From positions 704,001 through 768,000 of the forward strand of contig CAVSHR010000002.1 in NCBI GenBank assembly GCA_963727625.1: a stretch of DNA of 64,000 nt, read 5' to 3'. The notes under the pieces are model-generated. The model saw only the letters and a program-made list of their open reading frames with translations. It ran no database searches and had not been told where the DNA came from. Made by a program: the position numbers and the translations under genes. Below, one piece after another: positions 11,600 to 21,604 of the stretch (positions are counted from its first letter, which is position 1; each line of letters starts with the position of its first letter). The DNA is from an uncultured delta proteobacterium. Its GTDB lineage: Bacteria > Desulfobacterota > Binatia > UBA9968.

Positions 11600-12322
11600 A
11601 TGTTTACCGACAAGATTGAATTGAAGGATTTCGAAAAGCAAGATCCGGAATATCAGGATTTAATGCGCCGGGTGCTGGCCATCCAAGCCGATTGTGAGAT
11701 CGGTGGTCCTAATCTATACGTCAAACATATCCTTCCGAGCGCGCCGACCAAGCTGGATCAGCTCATCGTCGCACGGACGGCCGCCGAGGAAATGGATCAT
11801 TTCCGGAAGATGGCGCGTTTGGCCGGTGATATCGGCGTCGATGTCTCGTACACACTCAGCCGACCGAATCAGGAACGCTATGTAGAAGCATTTCGCGGTG
11901 AAATTAAGACCTGGGAAGACTACGCGGTATTCGGTTTTCTGATCGATCGTGTGGGTCGCTTCCAGCTTGAAGAATTTATCGACTGTACTTATCTGCCGCT
12001 TGCCCGCGTGGTCGAAGATCCGGACATCATCCGCGAAGAAGAAGGCCATGTTGATTTCGGCACCAACGCCGCGGCCGAATTTGCCGCGAAGGGTGGAGAG
12101 TCGAAGGAACGCGTCCAAAAAGCGGTGGATTACTGGTACGTCAAAGGCCTCGACATGTTCGGTAACTCGAAGTCGTACCGTTCCGAGCGTTACATGTTTT
12201 GGGGGTTGAAGCGCCGGCCCAACGCCTTGGCGCGCCAGCAATACAAGGACGAAATCGACGAACTCATTTTGAAAATGGGACTTACACTCCCCGATCCGAA
12301 TAAAGGCCGGCTTTACACATAA
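11600..12322 (+). CDS. PaaA/PaaC-family ferritin-like diiron protein
   Basis: ADCEIGG, EEMDH, IDRVG, EEEGH, DMFG; RBS AAGGAGG before ATG 11600. Confidence 0.8.
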   Translation: MFTDKIELKDFEKQDPEYQDLMRRVLAIQADCEIGGPNLYVKHILPSAPTKLDQLIVARTAAEEMDHFRKMARLAGDIGVDVSYTLSRPNQERYVEAFRGEIKTWEDYAVFGFLIDRVGRFQLEEFIDCTYLPLARVVEDPDIIREEEGHVDFGTNAAAEFAAKGGESKERVQKAVDYWYVKGLDMFGNSKSYRSERYMFWGLKRRPNALARQQYKDEIDELILKMGLTLPDPNKGRLYT

Positions 12323-12336
12323 GCGAGAGAGACACT

Positions 12337-12528
12337 ATGCAAGCAGCACCCGATACCGAGGCTTTAGATCAGCAGTTTCAAGAATTTATTCAGGCCCTGA
12401 AGAAGGCGGTAGGCACCGGCATTCCGCATCTAAAGGACGACCCGAAAATCGTCGACCAGTCGATTATCGACTGTAAAGAAATTTTGGACGTCGTTATGGA
12501 AGGCAACGTGAAAGAGTGGCTGTCCTAA
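12337..12528 (+). CDS. small acidic hypothetical protein (63 aa)
   Basis: Clean ORF 15 bp after the upstream stop, AG-rich RBS, host-like codon use. Confidence 0.65.
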   Translation: MQAAPDTEALDQQFQEFIQALKKAVGTGIPHLKDDPKIVDQSIIDCKEILDVVMEGNVKEWLS

Positions 12529-12644
12529 ACCGCTTTTTATTCAGTCGGCATCTCTTAAGACCGTCGTTTGGTCGAGGCGCCTGGAAATTCTAGGCGCCTT
12601 TGTTTATCAGCGGCCCGTGAGCCTAGAGTCGGGGGAGTAAAATA

Positions 12645-13424
12645 TTGAACGTCGTCGTCTGCGGCAAGGTCATTCCCGCTAGTTCGGTTACCATCGAAAT
12701 TGATTCGAACACGAAGCGGATTATACGCAAGGGTGTTACCCACGAGCTCGACCCAGCCGCCGCGAGCGCGGTTGAAGAAGGACTCCTGCTTACGGAAAAA
12801 CACGGCGGCACGGTGACGCTCATTACCATGGGCATCAGCGATGCGACGATCGGCATTCGTAACGCGCTGGCGATGGGCGCGACTTCTGCGGTGCATATTT
12901 TAGACGACGCGCTCGCCGGCTCCGACACTCTTGCCACGGCAAAAGTACTTGCCGCCGCCATCAAGAAACAAGAATTCGATCTCGTAATCTGCGCCACCGA
13001 AAGCAGCGACAGCTACTCAGGCATTGTTCCGGGGCAGATCGCTTACTTTCTCGGCGTACCGCCGATGACCTTCGCTAAAGAAATTTCGGTCGACGGTGAC
13101 AAGATCATGATCAAGCGCCAGAGCGAGAGCGGCTACGACGTCGTCGAATCGACGTTGCCGGCGCTGGTCGCGTGCAGCAGCGGTATCAACGAACCGCGCT
13201 ATCCGCAGCTCAAGGGCATCATGGCGGCGAAGAAAAAAGAGATCAAAGTTTATACCGCAGCCGATCTCGGCTTCTCGCCGGATCAGGTCGGGGAAAAGGG
13301 CGCGCGGGAAAAAGTACTCACGGTCGGGCGGCCGCCAAAGCGCCAAGCCGGCCAAGCGGTGACTGATGAAGGCGAAGGCGGCAAGCAGATCGCGGATTTT
13401 CTTGCTGAAATCAAGGTGATCTAA
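12645..13424 (+). CDS. etfB: electron transfer flavoprotein beta subunit
   Basis: ALAMGA, GSDTLAT, NEPRYP..KGIMAAKKK; TTG start with GGGGAG RBS. Confidence 0.92.
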   Translation: MNVVVCGKVIPASSVTIEIDSNTKRIIRKGVTHELDPAAASAVEEGLLLTEKHGGTVTLITMGISDATIGIRNALAMGATSAVHILDDALAGSDTLATAKVLAAAIKKQEFDLVICATESSDSYSGIVPGQIAYFLGVPPMTFAKEISVDGDKIMIKRQSESGYDVVESTLPALVACSSGINEPRYPQLKGIMAAKKKEIKVYTAADLGFSPDQVGEKGAREKVLTVGRPPKRQAGQAVTDEGEGGKQIADFLAEIKVI

Positions 13425-14393
13425 GTGGCGGACACAATCTGGGTATACGCGGAAATCATCGATGACAAGATAACCACGACTTCCTTGGAGATGCTCGCCA
13501 AGGCGTCCGAGATCGGCAACGCGGAAGCGATCCTGCTCGGGCCGGCACCCGAAGACGCGGTACAAACGCTAGCCAAACATGGCGCGAGCAAAGTCTATCA
13601 TTGCGCGGATGCGGTGTATCGCGATTGCCTTACGCTGCCCGCCGCCGAAACCGTCGCGGGTTTGCTGCAAAAAACTAATCCAGCCGTGATGCTGTTCGCT
13701 TCCAGTTACACCGGCCGCGACATCGTCGCGAATTTGTGCGCGCGGCTCGATTGCGGCGCGATCACCGATGTCGGCGACTTCGAGCTCAAAGATGGCAGCG
13801 TCGAAGCGACGATTCCAGCGCTGGGTGCGAGCTATCAGAACACCAGCACATTAGCAAACCAAGGCACCAAGCTTTTAGTCGTGCGCCCGAAGTCCTTCGA
13901 GCCGAAGGTCAACGAAAAGCCGCTCAGCGTAGAAGAGGTTCTCCCTGCGTCGGACGAAAGCCTGCGCAAAGTGCACGTGAAAGATCGAGTCGCGATTAAG
14001 CGCGAAGGGCCGTTGCTCGAAGGCGCAAAAATTGTCGTCTCCGGCGGGCGCGGGCTCAAAGGCGAAGAGAATTTTGCCATGCTCAAAGAGCTTGCCGATG
14101 TTATCAGCGGCGCCGTCGGCGCCAGCCGCGCCGCAGTGGACGCCGGCTGGGTGCCCTACGCCATGCAGATCGGCCAGACCGGCAAGACCGTGAAGCCGGA
14201 CGTTTACTTCGCCGTCGGCATTTCCGGTGCGGTGCAGCATCTCTCCGGCATGAAGACCTCCAAATACATCATCACCATCAATAAAGATCCCGAAGCGCCG
14301 ATCTTCCAATACTCGGACTTCGGCGTCGTCGGCGACCTCTTCAAAGTCGTGCCGCAATTGATCGAAGAGCTTAAAAAGCGCAAGGGCGCCTAG
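13425..14393 (+). CDS. etfA: electron transfer flavoprotein alpha subunit
   Basis: [42 protein letters not shown]. Confidence 0.94.
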   Translation: MADTIWVYAEIIDDKITTTSLEMLAKASEIGNAEAILLGPAPEDAVQTLAKHGASKVYHCADAVYRDCLTLPAAETVAGLLQKTNPAVMLFASSYTGRDIVANLCARLDCGAITDVGDFELKDGSVEATIPALGASYQNTSTLANQGTKLLVVRPKSFEPKVNEKPLSVEEVLPASDESLRKVHVKDRVAIKREGPLLEGAKIVVSGGRGLKGEENFAMLKELADVISGAVGASRAAVDAGWVPYAMQIGQTGKTVKPDVYFAVGISGAVQHLSGMKTSKYIITINKDPEAPIFQYSDFGVVGDLFKVVPQLIEELKKRKGA

Positions 14394-14431
14394 AATTCGT
14401 TTCTCGCGATGAAGAACGCGAAGGTCACGAA

Positions 14432-14464
14432 GTAGGGGCGGGTCTTAGACCCGCCCCTTTTTTC
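14432..14464 (+). terminator. intrinsic terminator / GTAG-type REP-like palindrome
   Basis: GT-AGGGGCGGGTC-TTA-GACCCGCCCCT followed by a T-tract. Confidence 0.8.
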
Positions 14465-14529
14465 GTGCCGTGAATTAAGGAAGTTGCCTATGCTTCTGTG
14501 ACTGAAGAAAAGCCGGCGAGCGGTGTTTG

Positions 14530-14769
14530 TCAGCCGAGCCTATTGTCAATGCATTGGTGCGCGAATTGACGCATATGCTCTTCAGCCTGTAATGACGTCA
14601 TGAAGGTGCGATTGGTGAACATGGCATGGAGGCCCGCGTCAAAATCGATATGAGCTTTCCAAGCCCATGAGTTTGTCCACGGGTCTAAACTAATTACGCC
14701 AATGTAGGCCTGATTACGGTAAGACTCTTTGATGCGGTGTTTTTTACATTCTCGGGCGGGGGAGCGCAT
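14530..14769 (-). CDS. small hypothetical protein
   Basis: MRSPARECKK...FMTSLQAEEHMRQFAHQCIDNRLG; start uncertain (ORF extends to 14844). Confidence 0.5.
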   Translation of the reverse strand: MRSPARECKKHRIKESYRNQAYIGVISLDPWTNSWAWKAHIDFDAGLHAMFTNRTFMTSLQAEEHMRQFAHQCIDNRLG

Positions 14770-15111
14770 GTTAATAATGTAATCACTGAGTGGCTCGAAA
14801 GCAAGATCAAGGGTCGGCGGAAGAGGAAAAACCCCTTTGTTCATCGATTGCCCCCTGGCACCGAACCGATCCTAACCGAATCGTAAATTGACCGGCGAGC
14901 GGGTATGGCTCGGTCATTCGCCGCAGAGACTGACTCGGGCGGGCGCGGCTTTTGTTTCCCGTTTCCTGCCTCAAACCTGCCGCCCATCATGATTCGTCTT
15001 GCCATTGTTTCTGCACCTGAACAGGTATACCCTTCAATTTCCACGAACAGCCGTCCGAGCTTAACCACCGGGGCCGCAGGACCGAAAGCCCGAACAAAGG
15101 GAGATTCCGCG

Positions 15112-15432
15112 ATGGCCGTCCTGCGTTACAGCGGTTATTACATTTCCGTTTTTCTAACTCCTGATAAGTCTGGCCATTCGTCGTGCATCCCTTTCGTGGA
15201 AATCCGCCACAAAGGGGACCCTGGCCCGCTGGTTAGGCTAATGCTCAAGGAGGCATTCGAAACCGCAGTAGACGCGAATGCTCACGGGCTGAAAATGGGC
15301 AAGAATTGGGTCGACGAAGAGATCGCTAAAAACAAACTTATGCTACTTGGCAGAGCGATGACGAAAGTCACGAGCAAATTAAAGCCCGACTCTTTCAGTT
15401 TCAAAACTTGGCTCACGTCTTTATTCTTATAA
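15112..15432 (+). CDS. small hypothetical protein (106 aa)
   Basis: RBS AAGGGAG then ATG 15112; MAVLRYSGYYISVF...AFETAVDANAHGLKMGKNWVD. Confidence 0.6.
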   Translation: MAVLRYSGYYISVFLTPDKSGHSSCIPFVEIRHKGDPGPLVRLMLKEAFETAVDANAHGLKMGKNWVDEEIAKNKLMLLGRAMTKVTSKLKPDSFSFKTWLTSLFL

Positions 15433-15651
15433 TTAACCGGCCTTGCGCCTCAACGCGTTCGTTAACTCGGATACGCGCTTGATGAGGACCCGAGCGAGTA
15501 ACCATTTAAATGTTTGTTCAGATGAAGAGCCCTATTCCTCTCTGCGGAGCCCAGGTGACTGCTTCGGCATCCGGCGACTTGAAGACGGTGACGGTACGTC
15601 CCGCGACCAAATCGATCGTTCTCTGGATTTGTTAATGCGCTCGACGGCAAG

Positions 15652-15918
15652 ATGCAGCGGATGACGCGAAAATTTCTACCGGAGGTGCGCGAACCTATCG
15701 CGATCATTGAACCCGCTTCGGAGGAATTGACACAGCCAAAAGATGAGCCGGCTCCCGTATCGAGGGGCAGCGAAGTTTGCTGCGACTGTCGTCACCGCCA
15801 TTGTCAGGATTGTGAAGAAAGCTCCGCGGCAAAACAATATTCGGACTTCTGGATCTGCCATCTTTGCCGGGAATTGAATCGGCGTGTGTCTCACTTGGAC
15901 CTAAAGGGGGATGCCTGA
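15652..15918 (+). CDS. small Cys-rich hypothetical protein, possible zinc finger
   Basis: CCDCRHRHCQDC-x15-CHLC. Confidence 0.4.
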   Translation: MQRMTRKFLPEVREPIAIIEPASEELTQPKDEPAPVSRGSEVCCDCRHRHCQDCEESSAAKQYSDFWICHLCRELNRRVSHLDLKGDA

Positions 15919-15978
15919 TGATTTCAAAAAAGATTAAGCTCGGTTTATGGAGCGTCGTTGTCGGCGTGTCATGATCGT

Positions 15979-16755
15979 TTAGCTAGGAAAAGAACTCTCG
16001 CCGACCGCGGTGGGATGGCGGGTTGCGCCATCGACGGTTTCTCCCTGCACGACGTAGGCCATGTAGATGCAGTCGGCCATGGCTCGCCGCATGTTGTTTT
16101 TCATCAGCTGGGCGTTGATGCAGGCTTCCTGCAACTCTTTGGTATCGGCGTATTTTTTTAGAATTTCCTTGCGGATTACGCCATGCTCGACGTCGACGTC
16201 GGCGTGGAGTTTGTAAAACGTCAGGGCGTCGTCGGGGACCCAGTTATAGTGCTTGCGAAAGGTGGCAAGGTCGCGCGACATCGCCTTCGCGGTGTCGTCG
16301 CCCTCGGAGACCGCGACGCCAAGCAGCCAGGACGTCTTGAACGCCGCGTTGGCAAAGCTATCGACGGCAAATTTAACGCCGAAGAGCGGCTCGGAGTTCT
16401 TCACGAACTCACGATCCAGCCCCAGGCCGACGCAGACGTCGAGCCAATATTCCGGGTGAGGTTTATGGGAGCCGCCGATCAGGTCTTCGCCTTCTTCCTC
16501 GATGGCTTTCGGCAGCCACATGCGGCGCACGTCGGTGTACGGGCAATTATACAGTATCGAGTATTCTTTGATCGGCACCTGCTTGGTGAAGTAGTAGCGG
16601 TCCTTGGCCCAACCCTGGAGCTGCTCCTTGGTGCACTTTCCTTCGCGAAAGATCGCCTCCCATGGATGCGGCGGGCGCTGATGGTCCTGGCGGTTCGCTT
16701 CGAAGAAAGTCTGAATGAATTCATCGGGCGCGAGCTTGCGGTCGAGCTTGAACAT
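15979..16755 (-). CDS. PqqC/CADD-like heme-oxygenase-fold iron-containing redox enzyme
   Basis: WAKDRYYF..VPIKE..I..NCP...RRMW (PqqC-like); EEEG, HPEYW, VSEG, FYKLHADVDVEH (CADD-like ligands); RBS GAGGGAG. Confidence 0.85.
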   Translation of the reverse strand: MFKLDRKLAPDEFIQTFFEANRQDHQRPPHPWEAIFREGKCTKEQLQGWAKDRYYFTKQVPIKEYSILYNCPYTDVRRMWLPKAIEEEGEDLIGGSHKPHPEYWLDVCVGLGLDREFVKNSEPLFGVKFAVDSFANAAFKTSWLLGVAVSEGDDTAKAMSRDLATFRKHYNWVPDDALTFYKLHADVDVEHGVIRKEILKKYADTKELQEACINAQLMKNNMRRAMADCIYMAYVVQGETVDGATRHPTAVGESSFPS

Positions 16756-16877
16756 GTTCTTCCCTCACTATATGACCATTGGGCTGTTCATCCTTCGACG
16801 GGCTCAAACGACCGGAAGAGAAACGGATTTCATTAGTCTTTCGGTCCCCCTGAACGGGTCGAAGCATGAAACCCTCA

Positions 16878-17894
16878 TCAGTTCGCCTTGGAGTCCTCAC
16901 GGTAATGGCCGATGGCATCCATCAGCGGCTTGTCGGACATGAGGAAGAAAATCGCGGGATCTTTGGACGTGTTTTCGTGGTGATGAAAATTCCACAGCGG
17001 CACAACGAAGGAGTCGCCCTGTTCCCATTCATAGCGTTTGTCGCCGACGTAGCTCACGCCGCTGCCGCGCCAGACATGATAGATCGTCGAACTGGTGTGC
17101 CGGTGGCTCTTGGTTTTCTCGCCCGCGCGCAGCATGTGAATTTGACAGGCCATGGTCGGCAGCGTAGGCCCACCGGTCAGAGGGTTGGCGTAATCGAGCA
17201 CGATGCCGTCGTAGGGATCACCGGGCTGCTCGCCGACTTTATTCAGAGCATTTTCTGTATCGGCCCACTTGTAGCAGAAGGCCGGCGGCTGAACCGAATT
17301 CGGTTTCATCCACGCCGGACGGAGCGCGCCGACGGTGGCCAATGTGTAGCCTTCCGGCTTCGTCACCGACTGTTTCTTGCGCGGGTCGGGTTCGTGAAAA
17401 TCGGTTTCGAGCAAGCGCACCAACGGCGCGTCCAGGCCGTCGAGCCACATCATGGTCTCGCCATGGTTTTCATGATCGTGCCAGGTCCAGCTCGGCGTGG
17501 TGACGAAGTCGCCTTCGCCAATCTCAAACGACTCGCCCTCGACGATCAGCCGGGTGCCGCGGCCTTTCAAAATAAACCGGATCGCGCCCGCCATATGGCG
17601 ATGGGACAGCGCGCTTTCGCCGGGCTTGAGCATTTGCAAATTCAATACCAGCGTGCGCGAGGTGCTATTCTTGAGCGACGGGTTCCACAGTTGGATCACC
17701 CGGCGAAATGAAACGTCCAATCCCACCACGTCGCCGGCTTTCTCCATCGCGGCGAAAAGATCTTTGCCCTTCCACAGGCAGGGCTCGAACGACGCCACGG
17801 GCTCGCGCTTCACATCGCCCTGGACGTTTTGCCAGTAGCCTTTAAAATATTTGCTCTGCAGTTCTTCTTCGAAAGCTTTCAATGCTTCGGACAT
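16878..17894 (-). CDS. bicupin, gentisate 1,2-dioxygenase family
   Basis: HRHMAGAIRF, TPSWTWHDH, WLDGLDAP, YANPLTGGPTLPT, HRHTSS. Confidence 0.88.
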   Translation of the reverse strand: MSEALKAFEEELQSKYFKGYWQNVQGDVKREPVASFEPCLWKGKDLFAAMEKAGDVVGLDVSFRRVIQLWNPSLKNSTSRTLVLNLQMLKPGESALSHRHMAGAIRFILKGRGTRLIVEGESFEIGEGDFVTTPSWTWHDHENHGETMMWLDGLDAPLVRLLETDFHEPDPRKKQSVTKPEGYTLATVGALRPAWMKPNSVQPPAFCYKWADTENALNKVGEQPGDPYDGIVLDYANPLTGGPTLPTMACQIHMLRAGEKTKSHRHTSSTIYHVWRGSGVSYVGDKRYEWEQGDSFVVPLWNFHHHENTSKDPAIFFLMSDKPLMDAIGHYREDSKAN

Positions 17895-17970
17895 GGTCTA
17901 CCTCCGCGCCCAATTTGAGTCTTATCTAGCCCAATTCGGGCCGGCGTTGCAAGGCGAAGGAGAGCGAATG

Positions 17971-18020
17971 AATGGAGTGATGCAGTATTGCAGTATTGGA
18001 TTACTGGAGTTTTAGAAATA
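17971..18020. repeat. octamer-periodic repeat (TGGAGTAT-like)
   Basis: TGGAGTGA TGCAGTAT TGCAGTAT TGGATTAC TGGAGTTT. Confidence 0.7.
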
Positions 18021-18169
18021 ATTTAGAGACGGCATCCAAGCCGTTAAAGCAGCGACAAGACGGCAAGCGTCATTTCATCGCAGAGACTCAGAGTCCGCGG
18101 ATGTTTCCCGACAAGATCCTTTTCTCGTCGTCTCGGCGGTGAATTATAGAGGTGTCTGGACGGGGATTT

Positions 18170-19573
18170 TTATTCGATCACTTTAACCGTGATCATGTTG
18201 GTGGTGCCGGCTTGATGCAGCGGCAAGCCGGCGGTGATGGCGACGAGATCGCCGCGCTTGACCAAGCCCAACTCGATCGCTTTGGTTTGCAGTGAGCGGA
18301 CCATTTCGTCGGTGCTTTTGAAGCCCTTGATCGGGACCGGGTAAACGCCCCAAACCAGACAGAGGTTCTTGACGGTCTGCGGCTCGGGGCTCACGGCGAT
18401 GATTGGCTGCTGCGGGCGGTAGCGCGCGATCAAGCGTGCCGTGCTGCCGGATGTCGTCGGAATCAAAAACGCCTTAACTTGAAGGTCGCGCGCCAGCGAA
18501 ATGGCGCCCAGGCTGATCGCTTCCGGGATGGTCTTTTTCAGGCCCGTAAAACGCTGGCGCGGTTCCAAGATCGTTTCGGTTTCCTCCGCTACCTTGGCCA
18601 TGATCTTGACGGCCTCCAACGGATAGTCGCCCGCCGCGGTTTCCTCCGAAAGCATGAGCGCGTCGGTGCCGTCCAAAATAGCGTTGGCGATGTCCGCAAC
18701 TTCGGCGCGGGTGGGTCTTGGATTCCACACCATCGAGCGCAGCATCTGGGTCGCGGTGATGACCGGCTTGCCCAAATGATTGGCCTCGCGGATCATCATT
18801 TTTTGAATCGCCGGAATGCGTTCCTGAGCGATCTCCAATCCTAAATCGCCGCGCGCCACCATGATCCCGTCGACGTTTTGGAGAATGCCGTGCAATTGAT
18901 CCACGGCTTCGTGCTTTTCGATCTTGGCGATAATCGGGACGGACGAGCGGCGCCGGCGCATCTCGCGGCGGGCATAGAGAATATCCTCGCTGTTGCGCAC
19001 GAAAGATAGGGCAATCATATCGACTTTTTCTTCGAGGCCGAAGGCCAAGTCTTTCTTATCCTCGTTGGTCAGGGCGCGGATGTTGAGACTGCTGCGCGGG
19101 AAATGGATGCCTTTATGCGAGCCGAGGATGCCGCCGACGATGATGCGGCATTTTACCTCATGATTGCTGACCTGCAGCGCCTCGAGCTCGATCTCACCGT
19201 CGCCGAGCAGAATCGGATCGCCCTTTGTGACCGCGTTGATCAAACCGGGGAAGTCGACGGAGGCGGCCAGCTCGCTGCCCAGGATCTTTCGGTTGGTCAG
19301 TACGAAAGGCCGGCGGTTTAGCAGCCGCACCCGGTCGTTGGCGACGGCACCAATACGGATCTTTGGGCCGGGCAAGTCCTGGAGTATGGCGACCGGGTGG
19401 CCGAGTTTACGTTCGAGCTGGCGGATTTTGCGGATGACGCGATGGTGAAAAGTGTAGTCGCCATGGCTGAAATTGAGCCGCGCCACGTTCATACCGGCGC
19501 GTATTAGCGCGGCTAAAACTTGCTCCGATGAGCTGGCGGGGCCGATAGTGCAAACGATTTTGGTTCTGCGCAT
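18170..19573 (-). CDS. pyk: pyruvate kinase
   Basis: TKIVCTIGPAS, ARLNFSHG, IAKIE, MVARGDLG, TATQML..M...PRPTRAE. Confidence 0.97.
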   Translation of the reverse strand: MRRTKIVCTIGPASSSEQVLAALIRAGMNVARLNFSHGDYTFHHRVIRKIRQLERKLGHPVAILQDLPGPKIRIGAVANDRVRLLNRRPFVLTNRKILGSELAASVDFPGLINAVTKGDPILLGDGEIELEALQVSNHEVKCRIIVGGILGSHKGIHFPRSSLNIRALTNEDKKDLAFGLEEKVDMIALSFVRNSEDILYARREMRRRRSSVPIIAKIEKHEAVDQLHGILQNVDGIMVARGDLGLEIAQERIPAIQKMMIREANHLGKPVITATQMLRSMVWNPRPTRAEVADIANAILDGTDALMLSEETAAGDYPLEAVKIMAKVAEETETILEPRQRFTGLKKTIPEAISLGAISLARDLQVKAFLIPTTSGSTARLIARYRPQQPIIAVSPEPQTVKNLCLVWGVYPVPIKGFKSTDEMVRSLQTKAIELGLVKRGDLVAITAGLPLHQAGTTNMITVKVIE

Positions 19574-19692
19574 TCTCCTTAATCTACACGAGACGGTAGG
19601 AGAATCAACGAAATGTGAAACCGCAGGGGTTGGAGTAATGGAGGATTAAAATGACGGGGATAGGGTTTAAGACTCCCCAAGCGGATTTTTTG

Positions 19693-20589
19693 TTAAACTC
19701 CGCTGCCGGTTCGCTTCAGACGCGGATCGAGGAGGTCGCGCAGGCCGTCGCCGAGCAGATTGATGCCCAGGACCGTGACGAAGATGCACAGCCCGGGGAA
19801 CAAAGGCATCCACCAGGCGGTGCTGATGTAGATCCGCGCATCGGCGAGCATGGTTCCCCAAGTGGGAATTTCCGGCGGCACGCCGACGCCGAGGAAGCTC
19901 AAACTCGCCTCCGCGATAATCGATGAGGCCATGGCGAAGGTACCGACGACCAGCGAAGTCTGGATCAGGTTGGGAATGACGTGGCGGGTGATGATTTGCC
20001 GGTTGGTGGCGCCGAGGCATTGCGCGGCGGTGACGAAGTCGCGCGAGCGCAGCGATAGGGTCTGGCCGCGCACCACCCGGCAGTAGGGAATCCACCGCTG
20101 GGCCACCAGCGCGAGAATTAAATTGAACAGCCCTTGGCCCAAAAACGCCATGATCGTGATCCCCAGCAGGAGCGGTGGGAAGGCCCACACCACTTCAACC
20201 AGCTTCTGAATGGCGAAGTCGATTTTACCGCCGAAGTAACCCGAGATCGCGCCTAGGCCGATGCCGATAAAACCCGAAACAAATACGACGGCGAAGGCGA
20301 CCAGCAGCGACACCCGTGAGCCATGGATCACCCGGCTGAAAATATCGCGGCCGAGATTGTCCGTACCGAGGACATGGAGAGCGCCGAGTCCCTGAGGCGC
20401 TCTCATCATGGCGGTGAGCTCTTGCTTGTTGGGGTCGAGGGGCGCCAACGCGGGACCGAAAAGGCCGACCAGCACAAACACCAGGACGATGGCACCGCCG
20501 CTAAACGCCTTGACATGGAGGCGCGGCAGTTTGCTGGCGGCCGCCATCGGCCGCTCTTCAGTAGCGGATTCGAGGGTCAATGACCGCAT
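19693..20589 (-). CDS. Dpp/Opp-type ABC transporter permease (DppC-like)
   Basis: LGTDNLGRD, EAA-like loop DFVTAAQCLGA, EASLSFLG; real start may be 20547. Confidence 0.92.
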   Translation of the reverse strand: MRSLTLESATEERPMAAASKLPRLHVKAFSGGAIVLVFVLVGLFGPALAPLDPNKQELTAMMRAPQGLGALHVLGTDNLGRDIFSRVIHGSRVSLLVAFAVVFVSGFIGIGLGAISGYFGGKIDFAIQKLVEVVWAFPPLLLGITIMAFLGQGLFNLILALVAQRWIPYCRVVRGQTLSLRSRDFVTAAQCLGATNRQIITRHVIPNLIQTSLVVGTFAMASSIIAEASLSFLGVGVPPEIPTWGTMLADARIYISTAWWMPLFPGLCIFVTVLGINLLGDGLRDLLDPRLKRTGSGV

Positions 20590-21568
20590 AAAGTCCGTCG
20601 ATGATTAAATTGATCGATACAAACGCCGCCGTGTAGGTCATCACCAAGCCGGTGACGAGCGGGTAGTCGCGCGCGTTAAGCGCCGTGATCAGCAAGCTGC
20701 CGCTGCCCGGCCAGGCGAAAACCGTCTCGACGATGATCGAGCCGCTGAGCAGCGTGCCGAGCTCGAGACCGACCACCGTGATCACCGGTATCAGCGCATT
20801 GCGCATCACATGGCGCCACACCACTCTGTTTTCGCGCAACCCCTTGGCGCGCGCGGTCTGTACATAGTCTTCGTTCATGATTTCCAAGATTGACGAGCGC
20901 GTCACGCGCATCAAGATTCCCAGCATGTTGACGCCGAGCGCCAACGCCGGCAAAAAAATATGCGTTAGCGCGTCCCAGACCGCGCGCCAGTTATTCTGCA
21001 GCACGCTGTCTAAGATATAGAAGCCGGTTTGCTCGGGTCCGGCGATGCCGTAGGTGCTGCGGCCGGAGGTCGGCAAAATATTCAAGATGCCGGCGAGCAG
21101 CAGAATTAACATAATCGCGAGCCAGAAACTCGGCATGCTGATGCCGAAAAGGCCGAAGGTGGTGCCGAGGTTATCGATCCATGAATTGGGCCTGGCGCCG
21201 GCCCAGACGCCGAGCGGGATCGCCAACCCCGTGGCGATGAGGATGGCGAAAACGGCGAGCTCGATGGTCGCCGGCAAGCGGGACTTGATCACGTTGATGA
21301 CTGGTTCGGCGTATTTGAAGGACTTGCCGAAATCACCGGCGACGGCGGAGCGGAGAAATTTGCCATACTGAATATAGAGCGGCTGGTCCAAGCCCCAACG
21401 CTCCTTTGCCTTGGCGACTTCTGCGGCGTTGGTTTCTTCGCCGAGGAGCAGGAGCGTCGGATCGCCCGGGGCAGCGTGAATGAGCAGAAATACCAATAGG
21501 CTGATGAGCAAGAGAACCGGGATCGTGCCCGCCAGCCGCTGGGCCAAGTAACTCGTCATGGCACCCAT
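20558..21568 (-). CDS. Dpp/Opp-type ABC transporter permease (DppB-like)
   Basis: APGDP, RLPATIEL, DYVQTARAKGL, VETVFAWPG. Confidence 0.93.
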   Translation of the reverse strand: MGAMTSYLAQRLAGTIPVLLLISLLVFLLIHAAPGDPTLLLLGEETNAAEVAKAKERWGLDQPLYIQYGKFLRSAVAGDFGKSFKYAEPVINVIKSRLPATIELAVFAILIATGLAIPLGVWAGARPNSWIDNLGTTFGLFGISMPSFWLAIMLILLLAGILNILPTSGRSTYGIAGPEQTGFYILDSVLQNNWRAVWDALTHIFLPALALGVNMLGILMRVTRSSILEIMNEDYVQTARAKGLRENRVVWRHVMRNALIPVITVVGLELGTLLSGSIIVETVFAWPGSGSLLITALNARDYPLVTGLVMTYTAAFVSINLIIDGLYAVIDPRIRY

Positions 21569-21604
21569 ATCTCCGAAAAGCGGGAACGAATTTCGTTATC
21601 GCGA

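Noticed and set aside
11600-12322. Calling this gene paaA or paaC
   Set aside because: Shorter and divergent, with no paa operon context.
15979-16755. Calling this gene pqqC
   Set aside because: The DHDG motif is replaced and no other pqq genes are present.
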